Under the pieces are notes generated by a model. That model ran no database searches. It was not told the DNA's origin and saw nothing but the letters and a program-made list of their open reading frames with translations. Positions 13,773-29,581 of a stretch of DNA of 64,000 bases are shown here, one piece after another. The position numbers and the translations under genes were made by a program. Origin of the DNA: the human T2T-CHM13v2.0 reference genome, Homo sapiens; the NCBI RefSeq assembly GCF_009914755.1, contig NC_060928.1. The stretch is one strand, 5' to 3'. How positions within the stretch are numbered: the first letter of the stretch is position 1; every line of letters begins with the position of its first letter.

Positions 13773-16638
13773 TTACTTTTCTAAAACTAAGAGAAAATAC
13801 AATGAAAAAGTGAGAGAGGTGAGAAAAAAATGGAGAAACTAAGATGGAGAAAGAATAAAAAGAGTGAAATAAATTTTACTTTGGATTGGTGAATAGAAAC
13901 TGATCTGGCTATTTTAAGCAGAAAAGGATTTTCTGTAGTGGATTAAGTGCTAATAAGAACATACATATGATGATGACACAAAAGTGGGAACAGTCCTTTT
14001 TTGAAAAAGCGAAAATAAGAAAAGTCAAAGATGTCCTAAATGTACATGGCTAAATGTTTTTTAAAATTGGAGTGATTCTGAAACATAATATGTAAAAAAT
14101 TCTGCAACATATGGGCAACAGGAAATAGGAAAATGATTATGACAGATAAAAAACAAAACTTTTTTGACTGTATGCCATGCATGAAAGCTCAACATTAAGG
14201 GAGTTTATAAAGCCCTTACAAGAGTTTCTGCATATAGAGAGAGATCAATAAGTACTAGCTATTAGTATCACTATCCTAACGTTTACCCAGGAGAAACCAT
14301 AGACTACATATATCATGTGGAAAGTGCCAACTCACACAATTTTTGTTGCAAACTCCAGGTAGTTGACTATTTTGAAAGTCCCTTCAAGTCTTCTATTGTC
14401 AAGATAAGTGACAAGGCACCCGCCTATGGAGGGCTCCAGATTCAATATTTGGTAAGGTGGCTCCAAACACATCTGAGACATAAGGTTGGTGGTGCCAGCC
14501 TCAATAGATTCTGTTCTTGCTTTTTTCTTTTTTTAAATTATAAGTCATATACTCCTTACGTCAAATCAAACAGCAGAGATGTATGAAGAGAAAGTTCAGA
14601 AATGCAGCCAAATCAAATTTCCCATCTAATTTTGCTAACGAATGTTAATGGCTGTATGCCAGTCCACACATTTCCAATCAGTGCATTTCAAATTCAGGTA
14701 ACGTTTGTTCATTTTGGAAAAAGTTACAAAATAGAAGCTAGGAGTAAAATAGCATGCCTTCAAAAGAATTTCATTTCAGAGAATTATTGGTGGAAATACA
14801 AAGACAGTAAGCTTAATTCCTTTATGGATATATGAACAAAAGGACTTAGAACAAACAAATTACCTTTATAGTATTTTGTTAGTTAACTATAAAAATAAAT
14901 TTTTGTTGGTATTATTCTGGAAAAAAAAAGAATGCTTATTAAACAAGACTGTGAGCTCCTTAAGGATTGGTATTATCATAAAACCTAGCAAAGAACCAAC
15001 CTCACCATGTGATGGGTATTTTCTAAGTATTTGTTAAAATTTTAAAAAAGAACATTTAAACTCCATTAAATGCCAGGCTTTTTGTTTCTATAATGTCAAT
15101 GGAGTGTTCATTTTACTTATTATGAATACTACTTTCTTCCACTATAATCATTAAAATCAGATAAAACATTTATTCAATTTGTTTCATGTATTTTTATTTA
15201 ATTACTGTTATTGTACAGTTATATGTATTTAAGAATTTAGTATATTTTCTACTTGTTTTATGACTGAATATTTTAAAAAATTTGTTATAAATTTTCAGTA
15301 CTTCCTTCGTATAATACATAGCATACATATTAGCTTACTTCAGCACCACCTAAATTAATGTTTCTGTAAGAAACATTACAAAGTCCAAATAATACATTGT
15401 TTAGAATTCTAAGTCTGTTTATAATTTAGGGACTGCTTATAATGATTCATTTGGGGGGTTTAATCCATAGCATCAGGCATATATGAAATGTGCATTAATG
15501 GCACAGGAAGAAAAGGAGACAAAGGAAGCATCTACTTTTAATTACCTCTGAAAAATATCTAAGTAATTTCATACACATGGCTACCTGTTTTCTTCCTGAC
15601 CATCTCAAGGGACAGCTTTGCCACAATAGTTCCCAGTAACTGGTTTTATTCCAAACAAATGTAGCCCAAGCTGTACTTAAATCTGCATTATATCTGGGTG
15701 TCTCCTTCTTGCTCTCCTTTCTCCCTTCTATGAGGACTTTGCCTTTTGTTAATCAGCTAACAAAATTCACGTAGTGCCACTCATCAAGAAATCAAGGCCC
15801 TGTAATAGGGTGCTAGGTTATTCTTATTGAAATGTAGTATCCATCTCGCTCAATATGAAGCCTATGATTGAATTTAAATAATAACCAAATCTACAGCTCA
15901 ACCAATTGGTTTTTAATGAGATTCTTGCATAGTTATATTTTATTTTGTATAAGGAATAGGGTCCTTGTGCATCATTGACTATGGAAAGGTTAAGGAAGAA
16001 AAAAGTGTAAAGAGAGTTTTAAAACATATAAGGTTAATTGAAATTCCAGGTTCTTCTGCAATCAAAGCAATTCTAACTCAGTTTGGTGGCAATGAAACAT
16101 GTTTTAGAGGTGTGTTAGTTACGGTTATGAGGAGCAGATATTTTACCCTGGTTAGTGTTAATTTTGCTAAAGAAACCAGTGTCTCAGAAAAAGTTTTATT
16201 TCCATTTGGATGTGGTTTTGTTAGTGTAAATTTGATAGGAAGGGCAAGACTCTCCAAAGTTGGGTCTTCTTCCTTTCCTTTTCAAAAGAGAGATGGTCAA
16301 AGGCAGGAGCTAAAGCATCTTGATTTGAAAAATAGACCTTTAATTAAAGAACGCCATTTTCTTGTCCTGCTAGAAAACAAAACCACATCTTTAAATCTTC
16401 TGTGGATGGTTGAGAGATTATAATAAAGATTGGTGTGCTAATAATCCTTTTTATATATATATAAAAGCAAAACTGATGGATTTTAGTAACTATAAAATAC
16501 TATTGAATATATCAATCGCATACATTTTTATTGGCTGCATTTTCTAGTAATTGCATATAACACATGAATGTGCTTCTAATTAAATTAATTCATTTAGAGA
16601 AAAAAAGACCTTATAAAGCAATTGCTAGTTTCATGATC

Positions 16639-16928
16639 TTTTTTTTTTTTTTTTTTTTTTTTTGATATGGAGTCTGGCTGTCACCCAGGCTGGAGGGTAG
16701 TGGTGCACTGCAACCTCTGCCTCCCTGGTTCAGGTGAGTCTCCTGCCTCAGCCTCCCAAGTAGCTAGGACTACAAACATGCACCACCACGCCTAATTTTT
16801 TTATTTTCAGTAAAGATGGGGTTTCACCGTGTTGGCCAGGCTTGTCTCAAACTCCTGGCCTCAATTAATCCTCCCACCTGGACCTCCCAAAGTGCTGGCA
16901 TTACAGACATGAGCCACCATGCCTGGCC
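16639..16928 (-). mobile_element. Alu (AluS-type)
   Basis: Poly(T), both arms, small deletion in the right arm. Confidence 0.95.
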
Positions 16929-17080
16929 TAATCTTATTTACCATAGATTTTTTTTTTTTAGGTGAATGAACTAGGAAACTATTGTCATTGTTTGAAAAAT
17001 AACACTATGCGTTGATAACTGCAAAAAGTGGCAATTAAGTAGTTTATGTTATTCCTAATGCTAATAGTAAATAATGACAC

Positions 17081-18211
<1,131 letters not shown>

Positions 18212-18219
18212 ACATTACT

Positions 18220-18740
<521 letters not shown>

Positions 18741-19462
18741 TTCAACAAAAGTTATACTTTGAGCTAATTCCCCTTCCCTAGCAGACACATCATCTCAGCC
18801 AATGTAAAGGCTTCTCTTTCCTTCATTCTAGGATTGTCTATATTGCAGGAGCTTACAGAGTAACAGGCTTTAGTGGGGGTGCTAGGGCAACAGATCCGAC
18901 CCTCAGAGTCCTTGCTCATACAGTTGTCTGCTGACATGAGCCGTCCATCATACTGACTGGCCTTCACAATCTAGGTCATTTCTAATATATGTTTGATATG
19001 TCGATTTTTCATCTGTCCCTGGGCACACAGAGAAACTGTGAGGCTGTTTGAAGTCCTGTCTGCCTAGACAGTCGGAGGCATAGCTCCTGCTCCAGCCATG
19101 CTGCTGGCCTTGTGTTCTCCCCATGGAATGAAACTCAGGGCTCCCCTCATTTTCTGGTCCTACAAATCTAACTGGAAGTTTGCATATGTAAATAGGATGG
19201 ACTCTGGAACAAATTTGCCCAAAAAATGTAGAAGCACAGAAACATAAGTATCTATTAGAGTTACCAAATTAATATTATTTTGAGCAAACTCTTTCATTCC
19301 ATTTTTTGGAAGGAAAAGGAAGATTAAAGACAGTAATTGGGATGTGCAAAGACATTAGCAATAATCCTGGGCTGTTATTTACCCTGAGCTTGGGCCAGGG
19401 GACTCCTTGACATTTGATCAGCTGACATCATGACTATTAAACTAAAGAAACATTTGTGAGAG

Positions 19463-19922
19463 TGTAACTGCACAAGACCAATCTGGTTCAACTTTTATGT
19501 AATAAAGTTCCGAGTTGATTTTAAGTTGCCATGAAGGTCACGAAACCTGAGCATGCCCAGTTGAACCAAGGGTGTAACCACAGGTGGAACTTGAGTGCTC
19601 CCACCAAGGAGTGGAGAATGAGTTAGGAAGCCGACACCACATGGCAAGATCCAGGATCCAATCAGATTGAGTTTTGGCTTCATCCCATAGCAAGATCCAG
19701 TCAGATCATGCCTTCCAGCATCACCTAGTTGCAAGATCCAATCAGAGCACACCTCATTACCTTATGCATATAAAACCCAACCCAGTCCCCAGCTCAGAGA
19801 AATAGATTTGAGCTTTTCCTCAGTCTCCTTGAGGGCCAACAGCTGGTCTTTTCTCAAAAGCCAGTACGGTGGTGTTGGCCTCTATGCACACAGGGCAGTG
19901 AGCCCACTGAGTGCTTGGTAAT
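19463..19922 (+). mobile_element. ERVL solo LTR (LTR47-like)
   Basis: tgtaactgcacaagaccaatctggttcaac..., repeated gatccaatcag boxes, tataaaa near 19769, ends ggtaa(t); 5-bp gagag flanks. Confidence 0.7.
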
Positions 19923-20199
19923 GAGAGGTCAAGGACTCTGGTGTTTAGTGCCATACCGTGAATGTAGTATATGAATGATTTGGTCATAGTGAAAACAATA
20001 TTTGGGGAGTGTTAGGAGAGAGATTGGTCACTTCTGGCTAGTTATGCAGGGAAAGGGAAGAAAATGGAAGAGGAGGTATATAATTTAGGCCTGGAAGGTT
20101 GGCTGGGGTTTAAGCAAAGACAAATTTTGCAAAGAAAAACACTTAATGCCGTTTCTACTCAAAGTTTATCTTTTTTCATCCTCAAATTTAATAAATAGG

Positions 20200-20412
20200 A
20201 CAGTGTTTTGTCGTGGAAAGCCTGTAGACTTTGCAGTCATTAGACTCTACTGCCAGTGAGTTGTTGGATGACTTTAGAAAATCAGTCTCTGTGCCTCTGT
20301 AAAATGACAATGACATCTGCCTAACAGGGCTGAGAAAATCAAATTCTGAACCACACATAAAGTAGCTAAAGTACCCTGCCTAATGCCTTGTAGCAACTCA
20401 ATAATTGCTATT
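20200..20412 (+). mobile_element. MIR
   Basis: gtggaaagcctgtagactttgcagtca...tctctgtgcctctgtaaaatg...ctcaataattgctatt. Confidence 0.7.
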
Positions 20413-21703
20413 TCCCTTCCTTTCTCCCTTTTGATCCCAGTGGCTTTAATGTTAAGTTTATGTAGCTTATGTTGGGGACCTTAACAAAATTTCCTTAAGT
20501 ATCTAATTCTAGAAATAAGCAGTTTGGATTGATAGTCCACTTTTTTCTTGGAAGAATCTGTAAAACATAAGATGTTTATTGGCTCTGATGCCTAACCCAA
20601 ATTTGTATAATCATAAAATGTAACCAAATAGCTGGTGATACATAGAGCCTAAAAAGAGATGTTTGATTTACAGGATTTTTTAAATCAGAAAATTCTACAA
20701 AGAGCTATTTTCAAAGGAGCACTTCTGCAGACCTGACATCTAAGACTTTGCAAGTGGTTGCATTTAGTGGGAAACATGATGTTTTTCTCCCAATTGACCT
20801 CTTAAGAATTAGGTCACAGGGTACACTCTGTTCCCACCAATTAGGCTTTGATAACATCTAATTGGACAATTAAGCTCCCTCTTTAGACCTTTTGCTCTTA
20901 TTATGTACAAATTTACCCCATCTCAAGAAGCATGAGACAGCTCCCCTGGAGTAAAAATGAAAGACATTACAGTTTTGAGGTGTGTGGGAGTGAAACAGAG
21001 AACTATTCTCTGCTATATAGGCTAACCATGGAGTTGTAGAAGTCGCAAATGCTAATCCATTTTTCACATCGACATGGGGCAGAATTTCCAGTCTTGGTAC
21101 TGTTGGGTGTCCGGAGATGGTTTGGAGAGAGGAAAATTAGAAGAGAAAAGCTGCTGTCAATGGAGAGGAAGTCAAAACTCGTCTACATAAAGACAGTCTG
21201 ATTTTGACTTTTGCTAGGCAAAGCCCTTTATAATTATTTTATCCAGTCATACAAGTGAAATAAGCATGAAATCACAAAATGGCATTTTGATGCCATTTAT
21301 GATAAATGAAAATCGTCTTTGATTAGCTCTAAATAAGAATATTTCTAATAGAGCAAAGAATTGTATCTGAATAAATTGCTCATTAATGATGTCTGCACAG
21401 CACAATTGAGAGTCTGCAGTATTAGGTACTAACTCAGAAAGAAAATTGTGTTTGGACTGATTTTTAACTTGTTATCCTAAATAATTCAAATCCATTTCTC
21501 CTCAGCACGATTTCTTGCAGCAGTGTTAAGCATTCAGCTTATTTTGTGCTGTTTTGACCTGGCATTTGTAATAGTTTGGGGGTGAGGATGGGTACACCAT
21601 ATTTGTTTTTCAGTTATCCCATTTATGACCACTGTTGGGGGGCTCAGTTAATTTTTATGTGAATATTTTTCAAGTGGTTTGCATTTTTTGTTGCCTGCAT
21701 TAC

Positions 21704-22024
<321 letters not shown>

Positions 22025-22509
22025 TGCATTAGTTACTTTGATCCTGTTCTCACATTCATTCCTTGCTTGAGAGCAGTAGATTCAAGGAGTTATTTCCTCA
22101 ATGTCGTGTATTTACTTTGCTATCCCATTCTGTCATCTTTGTCATCTGCTTTGACATGGAACTGTTCTGCATTACTTCTCTTCTTCCTGCTTTACTTATT
22201 GAGATTGTGTCCTGCTTCTAATTAACAGATAGACTTGAGAATTCTTTGGTGGTTCTAATTTGTGATACTACATTTACAGTTAGTCAGAGTTAATATTAAA
22301 TACATATTTTCACAACTTTTTGCTTTATTAGAAATATTTCATTAAAGTTAACCTTCAGATTTAAGCATAAAATGATACTTCATACAATTTTATTGATGGT
22401 TTCTCTGAACTCTCTTAATAATGTATACATTTCTTATAGAACCATGTAGCCTATTATTTATATTCTTTCTCCCCTACTAGTTACAGATACAAAATCTGAT
22501 GGCTCTCAT

Positions 22510-22690
22510 GTTCCAACAAACTATGGCTCATGGGCCATCTAGCCAACCATCTGTTTTTATAAAGTTCATGAGTTGAGTGATTTTTACACTTCTCAATGTC
22601 AAAAGGATTTCATCCTTATGACAGAGGCTGTATAAAGCCTAACATATTTACTGTCCATCCCCTTACAGAAAAGTTTACAGATCTGCACTA
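22510..22690. mobile_element. MER58-like hAT-Charlie relic
   Basis: caaactatggctcatgggcca...gtttttataaagt...aagcctaacatatttactgtcc...cccttacagaaaagttt. Confidence 0.7.
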
Positions 22691-23462
22691 TAAAGTTGAG
22701 ATCTGCAACTTTTAGAAATTTATAGAAGTATTTCTAACACTCTAAAGTATTAGAACAGTGCTTTTCATAAGAAATGTTCCCTAAAGGATTTCAAATTGTC
22801 AAATAAATGTATATTACATTGGAAGTCATTATTTAAGCCATTTATACCAATGAATCCATAGAGACAATATAGAACTAGGAATTTTCATTGGAATTTGAAG
22901 TCAAACTAGCATCAGGTACTCTGCTGTTTCTCTGTTGTCATTCTTCTGGAATCAAGGTTAGTAGCTATAGGGCATAGTCATATAAAGATGATCCAGCCTG
23001 TGGGATTCTGGAAAAGATTGAGAAGGTGCATAAATTTGAAGAACACTAAGAACTTCCTGCTTGAAAATGAAAGGAAGACTTTTAAAACTAATTGATAAAA
23101 TTCAAACACCAATTTTAAGTAAACTAATAAAAAACCCCAGGGATTTCATTTAGATAAAATAACTCTTAGGATAAGAAAAATAAACAATCTTGATTTAAAA
23201 CAAAGCAGACATCATATAAAACTCGCATCCCTACCTGTGGATTAGAAAAAGTATATAGAGAATAATAACTTGATACACGTATAAAAGATGAAGAAAGCTT
23301 TAAAATCACACTAAGAGGAGTATGAGATGAATTTTCTCTCTTATTTTGACAACCTCTGACACTAAAAAAGAAATGGCAAAAATTGAAAAAGAAATATATT
23401 TCTTATGCTCGTCTCCTTATCCACATTTTGTTATGATGAGGCAGCACTGAAAATGTTAGTGA

Positions 23463-23800
<338 letters not shown>

Positions 23801-26800
23801 AGATTTTCTTTCCTTTTATTTTTATATGTTGACCAGGGATTTCTGATATTCATAGTTTTAACAGCACCTTGGATGTTTAACAGTGGTTTTGAATACAAAA
23901 TATCATTTTCTGTACTTAAATTCATAAAAGAAAAGTTGTAGTTAAAATGTTTCCCAAAAGTTCATAAATTTTAATACGTGACATTTAATAGGCAATATAT
24001 AACTAAAACTTAGACTTGCTCTTACTTGCCAGGACAATGTTTTACTTAGTACGTTTGCATTAAGCACCTATTGGCGATGAGACTATCATCCCTCTTCTTC
24101 TTACTATCATGCCTACTATAATTAGCTTGAAAATATTCAAATAAGTATCATATAAACACATGCCATAAGTGTAGCCCCAAATGCATAAAAGCCCAGAGTA
24201 GGGGAGAATTTTATTTGTCTGGGGGTAATCATTGAAGAGTTAGCAGTGGCTCTTGAAAGATTTATAATGGGTAAAGATTGGGGATGAGTAATCCAAGCAG
24301 GACTGGCAGGAGAAAGCCCATGAAAGCAGGAACCATATGAGATGTCTTCAGAAAGTGATATATCACTTACTATGTATCATTTGGGGTATATGTAGGAGAA
24401 TAAGTCCCCAAGTTAAAATAAAACCATTACAGAAAGATGGCATGAAATCATGTTTAGATGGTATGTTTTCTTATTTAAAATCTAGGCAGATTCAACTGGC
24501 AGTGAATATAAAACACTGAAATAAAATTTGATATTCTGATATGGAAAAAAAAAACGACATTAAGCATCAGTACTTGAAAAACTAGTGATCTGAATGCTCT
24601 GTGAAGACCTGCCCGGTAAAATTTACTAGGGAGAAGAAAGTTGTATTAGCCAGGATGTCACATCATGCTTCATCATCCTTAGCTTCTCTCTGCCAAAGCA
24701 AAAGGAGAGAAGCAGGGAGTTCAGGACTTCATCTGGGCCATTTAGAAGAAAAAAATCCTTTCTAGAAATAGCATAGCATTTGTTATAGGCCTGTATAGGT
24801 TTATCACTTGTGCAATTTGGTCATTGCTTACAAGTCCTGTTTGCTCTGCCTAGGTTGGTAAAGCCATAGGTTTCTGGTTACAAAAACATGTAACTAATGC
24901 ATTTCCACATTTTTATTTTGAGGATTTCTGAGAAGGAAGCCCCCAAAGCAAAAACTCTGGAGCAAAGATGTGTGGATATTAACATTATACTCATTATCCA
25001 TCATTATCAGTTTCATCTTTATTATAAAATAATCTTTTTGTACACAGAACTCTCCAAGGCCCAGGCTGCAATGTCCATGACAGTTTATAACTCCATGAAA
25101 TGTAATTCCTTGTGCTCTGATATGACGAGACTATAAAGGTTTAGTGATAATGAAGGAAAAAGATGAAAGAAAACATTACTTATGTAGCATAGTTTAGGGA
25201 ATGAAATGCTTAATCAAATTTAGAAAAGTAAAGCTGTATTGCTAACAAAAAATACCTATCTGTTTACCTTTTTATGGGAAAAGTACAAATTTTCTGAATA
25301 GTTGGGTCAAATCCCAAAATACCGTGTGACTCTATAATACAGAATGAAAAGCATCTATTGTATTCAAACCACGTGTTCAGGCTAAAAGGTAATGTTAACT
25401 GGATTTACTGAATCCAGCCTAGGAACTTTGATATCCTTCTGTGCCCTGTGAGGACTTAGAAGCCTCTGCACAATATTAAGCTGCCTATGGAGGATCATAC
25501 TGTCTTTTATCAATCTGGGTTGCCCCTTATCCAGTTTTGCTCCTATTAACTTCTGCTGCAACCCCTTCTGGTAAAGGAATAGAAGTTAGATATTCTTTTC
25601 TTGCCATCATTTTTGCATTGATGTGGCTCTGTCTGTGCCTGAAGATTTCAGGAATAAATAGATATTATGGATCAAGAAAAGAATAAGAATAAAATTGTGA
25701 AGTTGACCTAGCTATTAGAGAATATTTTTCACTATTAGCTTGGAAGAAGATCTGCTTCAATAGCGTATGATATCGGAACCCTGACTTTGGAGGCTTCAGA
25801 CATCCTGAAATATAATTCAGATAATATGAAAAGGATGCACGCTGAAGCCTCTAAAGCTCTGTTCCTGCAGATTTTCATCTCTTCCTGTTACGAAACTAAA
25901 ATGATAGCCATTCTCTTATCTGTGCACAAGGTATAAACAAGTTAATTGATGGCTGTTCTTCCTGAGTTACATTCAGTCTACTGGGGAAAACCTATGTGTA
26001 ATGAGTTTAGAAATAGAGTGAATTAGAATGTAATGTCACAAATAAGCAGTGAAACTTTAATTCATACTTTTATGATAGCCAACTTAGATTACTGTAATTC
26101 TCTGTCTCCTTCAGGTGTCCCACTGGAAAAAGAAAAGATAGCTTGTACAAGTATGCAACCCCTGAGATTTTAAGCACGCAGAATCTGGTCAACATACACC
26201 TAGACTTAGAGATTTTGGTTCTAGCTGCCAGTGAGCTACTAGATTGATTGTAAGAGGTCCTAGTGATGTGTTTTTGAAACACTGCATGAATCCAAATGAG
26301 TTTTAGGTTCCCTATTGTCCAAGCCGAATTTTGTTCAACTGTAAAAACGTTGGGTTTTTATTTGTTCAGAACTACTATTATAAATCACAATGCCCTATAG
26401 TTTTTTCAAGCACTTGTGGAATATATTTTTCCCAGACAGATTCAGAATATCAGAAGTGTCATTGAATTTAGGTCAAGACTAAAGTGACTTGTTTAATTTG
26501 TTTTCTTTCAATAGTACTGATTCTTTCTGTGTAGCTTTCCTAGGTACTTTAAGAAATCCTTTAAAATCTTAGCATTGTAATATTTAAGAATACCATTTAA
26601 AATGGACACAGTTGATAGAATCTGGATTAAAAGCATATTAATTTATATGCATACTCTGCTATGCATGGTAACATCATAGCCATCACTCTCATGGGTTTCT
26701 TGTTGGTGAAAGAAACATTTTGTATTTTGCTTATAATGTTAATTATATTGTATAGGATATTTTATAGAAATATTTTGAGATCATTTTTCACAGGTGTTAT

Positions 26801-27284
26801 TTTCATTATAAATTCTCATATTATTATATTGGTGTCAATCATACTTGAAATTAAATCATTGAAATGCATTTGCACTGTTTAAAAAAATCTGGTAGTTGAA
26901 ATAACAATAAAGGCCTTTATTTCTAAGTGCAGTTGCATAATTTAGTTTATTTCTCTACTGGCATTTTCCTATTTCTTTTAAGCATATTTCTTCCACTATA
27001 TAGACACTTATTTGCTATAAATATTGTAGTCAGTGAAATTGTTCTCACCCTTTACCTGTTGGTCATATTTGGTATGTGACAGCAGTTTTATGCATATTAA
27101 GTCAGCAATACTTGTTTTAAGGGAAAGATATATTACTGATTACTAACTACGTCAGTTTTATTTCTTCTGAGCATGGGATAATTGTTAGCTGTATAATTAT
27201 AGGCAATGTGGCATAAGAAATAAAAATGAGATTTGAAAATGAAAAATATTGTGGTTATGGACAAGTCACTTTGCTTTTCAAAAA

Positions 27285-27885
27285 ATTATTTATTATTCTT
27301 TATAACTGACATAAGATTGTATTTGCTGTGTACAACACATGGGTTTCTGGGTTTTGTTTTTAGCTTTTTGTAGCGATGGGGTCTTGCTGTGTTGCCTCGG
27401 CTGGCCTTAAACTCCTGGCCTTAGGCAACCCTCCCACCTTGGCCCCCCACATTCTGGGTTTATAGGCATGAGCCACCACGCTCAGCCCAACATATGGTTT
27501 TAAAGTATGTATACACTGTGGAATGACTAGCTAATTAACATATGGATTACCTCACATAGTTTTATTTCTGTGGTGAGAACACTTGACATTCACTCTCTTG
27601 GCATTTTCCAAGAATATATTATTAACTTTAGTCAGCATACTCTACAGTAGAGCTCTTGAACTTATTCTCCCTATCTTACTGAAATTTTGTATCTTGACTA
27701 ACCTCTCCACATTCCCCCCTACCCCCAACAACCTCAGGCCCTGATAACCACCCTTCTAATCTCTACTTCTATGAGATCAAACTTTTTAGCTTCCACATAT
27801 GAGTAAGATCATCTGGTATTTGTCTTTCTGTGCCTGCCTTATTTCACTTAACGTAGTGTTCTCCAGGCTCATCCGCGTTGTTGTT
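27285..27885 (-). mobile_element. L1MA-type 3' end with an inserted FLAM monomer
   Basis: gctaattaacatatggattacctcacatagtt...gtggtgagaacactt...tctacttctatgagatcaa...gcttccacatatgagtaagatcat. Confidence 0.8.
27347..27488 (-). mobile_element. FLAM (free left Alu monomer)
   Basis: Single left monomer with its own TSD aaca(c/t)atgg(g/t)ttt. Confidence 0.8.
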
Positions 27886-27989
27886 TTGAGCTTCTTTTGT
27901 TATTTGTCAGATAGATAGTAGTAGTTCATGACTTATGTTGAGAATTAAAATAAATATAAAAGCACTTTGTAAGCTATAAGAGTCTTTGA

Positions 27990-28279
27990 GGCTGGTGGCT
28001 CAGGCCTGTAATCCCAGTGCTTTGGGAGGCTGAGGCAGGTGGATTGCTTGAGCCCAGGAGTTCCAGATCAGCCTATGCAACATAGAAAAACTGGTCTTTG
28101 CAAAAAATACAAAAATTAGCCGGGTGTGGTGGTGCTTGCCTGTAGTCCCAGCTACTTGGGAGGCTGAGGCGGGAGGATCACTTGAGCCTAAGAGGCCAGA
28201 GTTTGCAGTGAGCCGAGATTGCCCCACTGCACCACAGCTTGGGTGATAGAGCAAGACTCAGTCTCAAAAAAATAAAAAA
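27990..28279 (+). mobile_element. AluJ-type
   Basis: gcttgagcccaggag, gggaggatcacttgagcc; poly(A). Confidence 0.9.
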
Positions 28280-28374
28280 GACTATTTGATAATATTAGTT
28301 ATTTATAGCACTGGTCTAGTGGAAGCAAAGATTTTATTGATAAGAAACAAAGTATGTAGCAGCTTACTTTAGTA

Positions 28375-29581
28375 CAGTCATGCACTGCATAAGGACCTTT
28401 CACTTAACAAAGGATCACATGTATGATGGTGATCCCATAAGATTATAATGGCTCTAAAAATTCCTATCTATTAGTATTTACTATACCATACTATTTACTG
28501 TTATTTTAGAGTACTCATACATATATATGCATATATATACACATATATATTTTTGTATATATACACATATTTTTTGTATATATACACATACATATGTATT
28601 TATATATATATATATATATATACATATATATATACACACACACACACACACATATATATATAAATTAACTGTGAAACAGCCTCGGGGAGGTTCTTTGGGA
28701 GGTATTCCAGAAGAAGGCTTTATTATCATAGGATAATTTTATCCTATAATCATAGGATAAAATTTTATCCATATTATCACACTCCAAATGGACTATTGCT
28801 TCTGAAGACCTTCCAGTAGGACAAGATGTGGAGGTGGAGGACAGTGATATTGATGCTCCTGACCCTGTGTAGGCCTAAGCTAATGTGTGTGCTTATGTGT
28901 GTTCGTGTCTTTATTTTTAACAAAAAAGCTCAAAAAGTGAAAAAAATATTTTCAAATAGGAAAAGCTTATAGAATAAGGATATAAAGGAAGAAAATTTTT
29001 TTGTTCAACTGTACACTGTATTTGTGTTTTAAGCTGTGCTATTACAAAAGTCAAAAAGTTTAAAATATTAAAAAGTTTATAAAGTAAAAGTTACAGTAAT
29101 CTAAGTAATTTATTATTGAAGAAAGAAAAAATACTTTTAAAATAAATGTACTGTAGCCTAAGTATACAATGTTCATAAACTCTGTAGTAGTGTACAGTGA
29201 TGCCCTAGGCCTTCACATTCACTCACCACTCACTGATTCACCCAGCTCCACTTCCAGTTCTGCAAGCTTCATTCAAGTTAGGCACCTATACAGGTGTACC
29301 TGTGTTTTTACTGTATTTTACCTTTTATACTCCTTTAATTTTTACTTTATCTTTTCTAAGTTTAGAAACACAAAAACTTAACCACTGTGTTACAGTTGTT
29401 TATAGTATGTAGTACAGTTACACACACACTGTACAGGTTTGTAACTTAGGGGCAACAGATTACCCCATATAGTCTAGGTGTGCAGTAGGTGTGTCAGTAC
29501 ACTCTATGGTGTTTGTGCAATGACAACATTGTCTTATGATACATTTCTCAGAATATATCCTCATTAAGCGACACATGATTA
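28375..29581. mobile_element. Tigger3-family (Tigger3b-like) Tc1/mariner non-autonomous DNA transposon, both ends present
   Basis: TA|cagtcatgcactgcataa ... ttaagcgacacatgatta|TA termini; internal ccagaagaagg...ctgaagaccttccagtaggacaagatgtggagg. Confidence 0.85.
28516..28661. repeat. Compound (TA)n/(CA)n microsatellite inside the Tigger
   Basis: Directly visible in the sequence. Confidence 0.9.

Noticed and set aside
15965-16423. 152-aa ORF in unique sequence
   Set aside because: Non-ATG start, no recognisable domain and no convincing splice sites; consistent with a chance open frame.
28481-28736. ORFs rich in Y/I/H/C/V
   Set aside because: They are translations of the (TA)n/(CA)n microsatellite.
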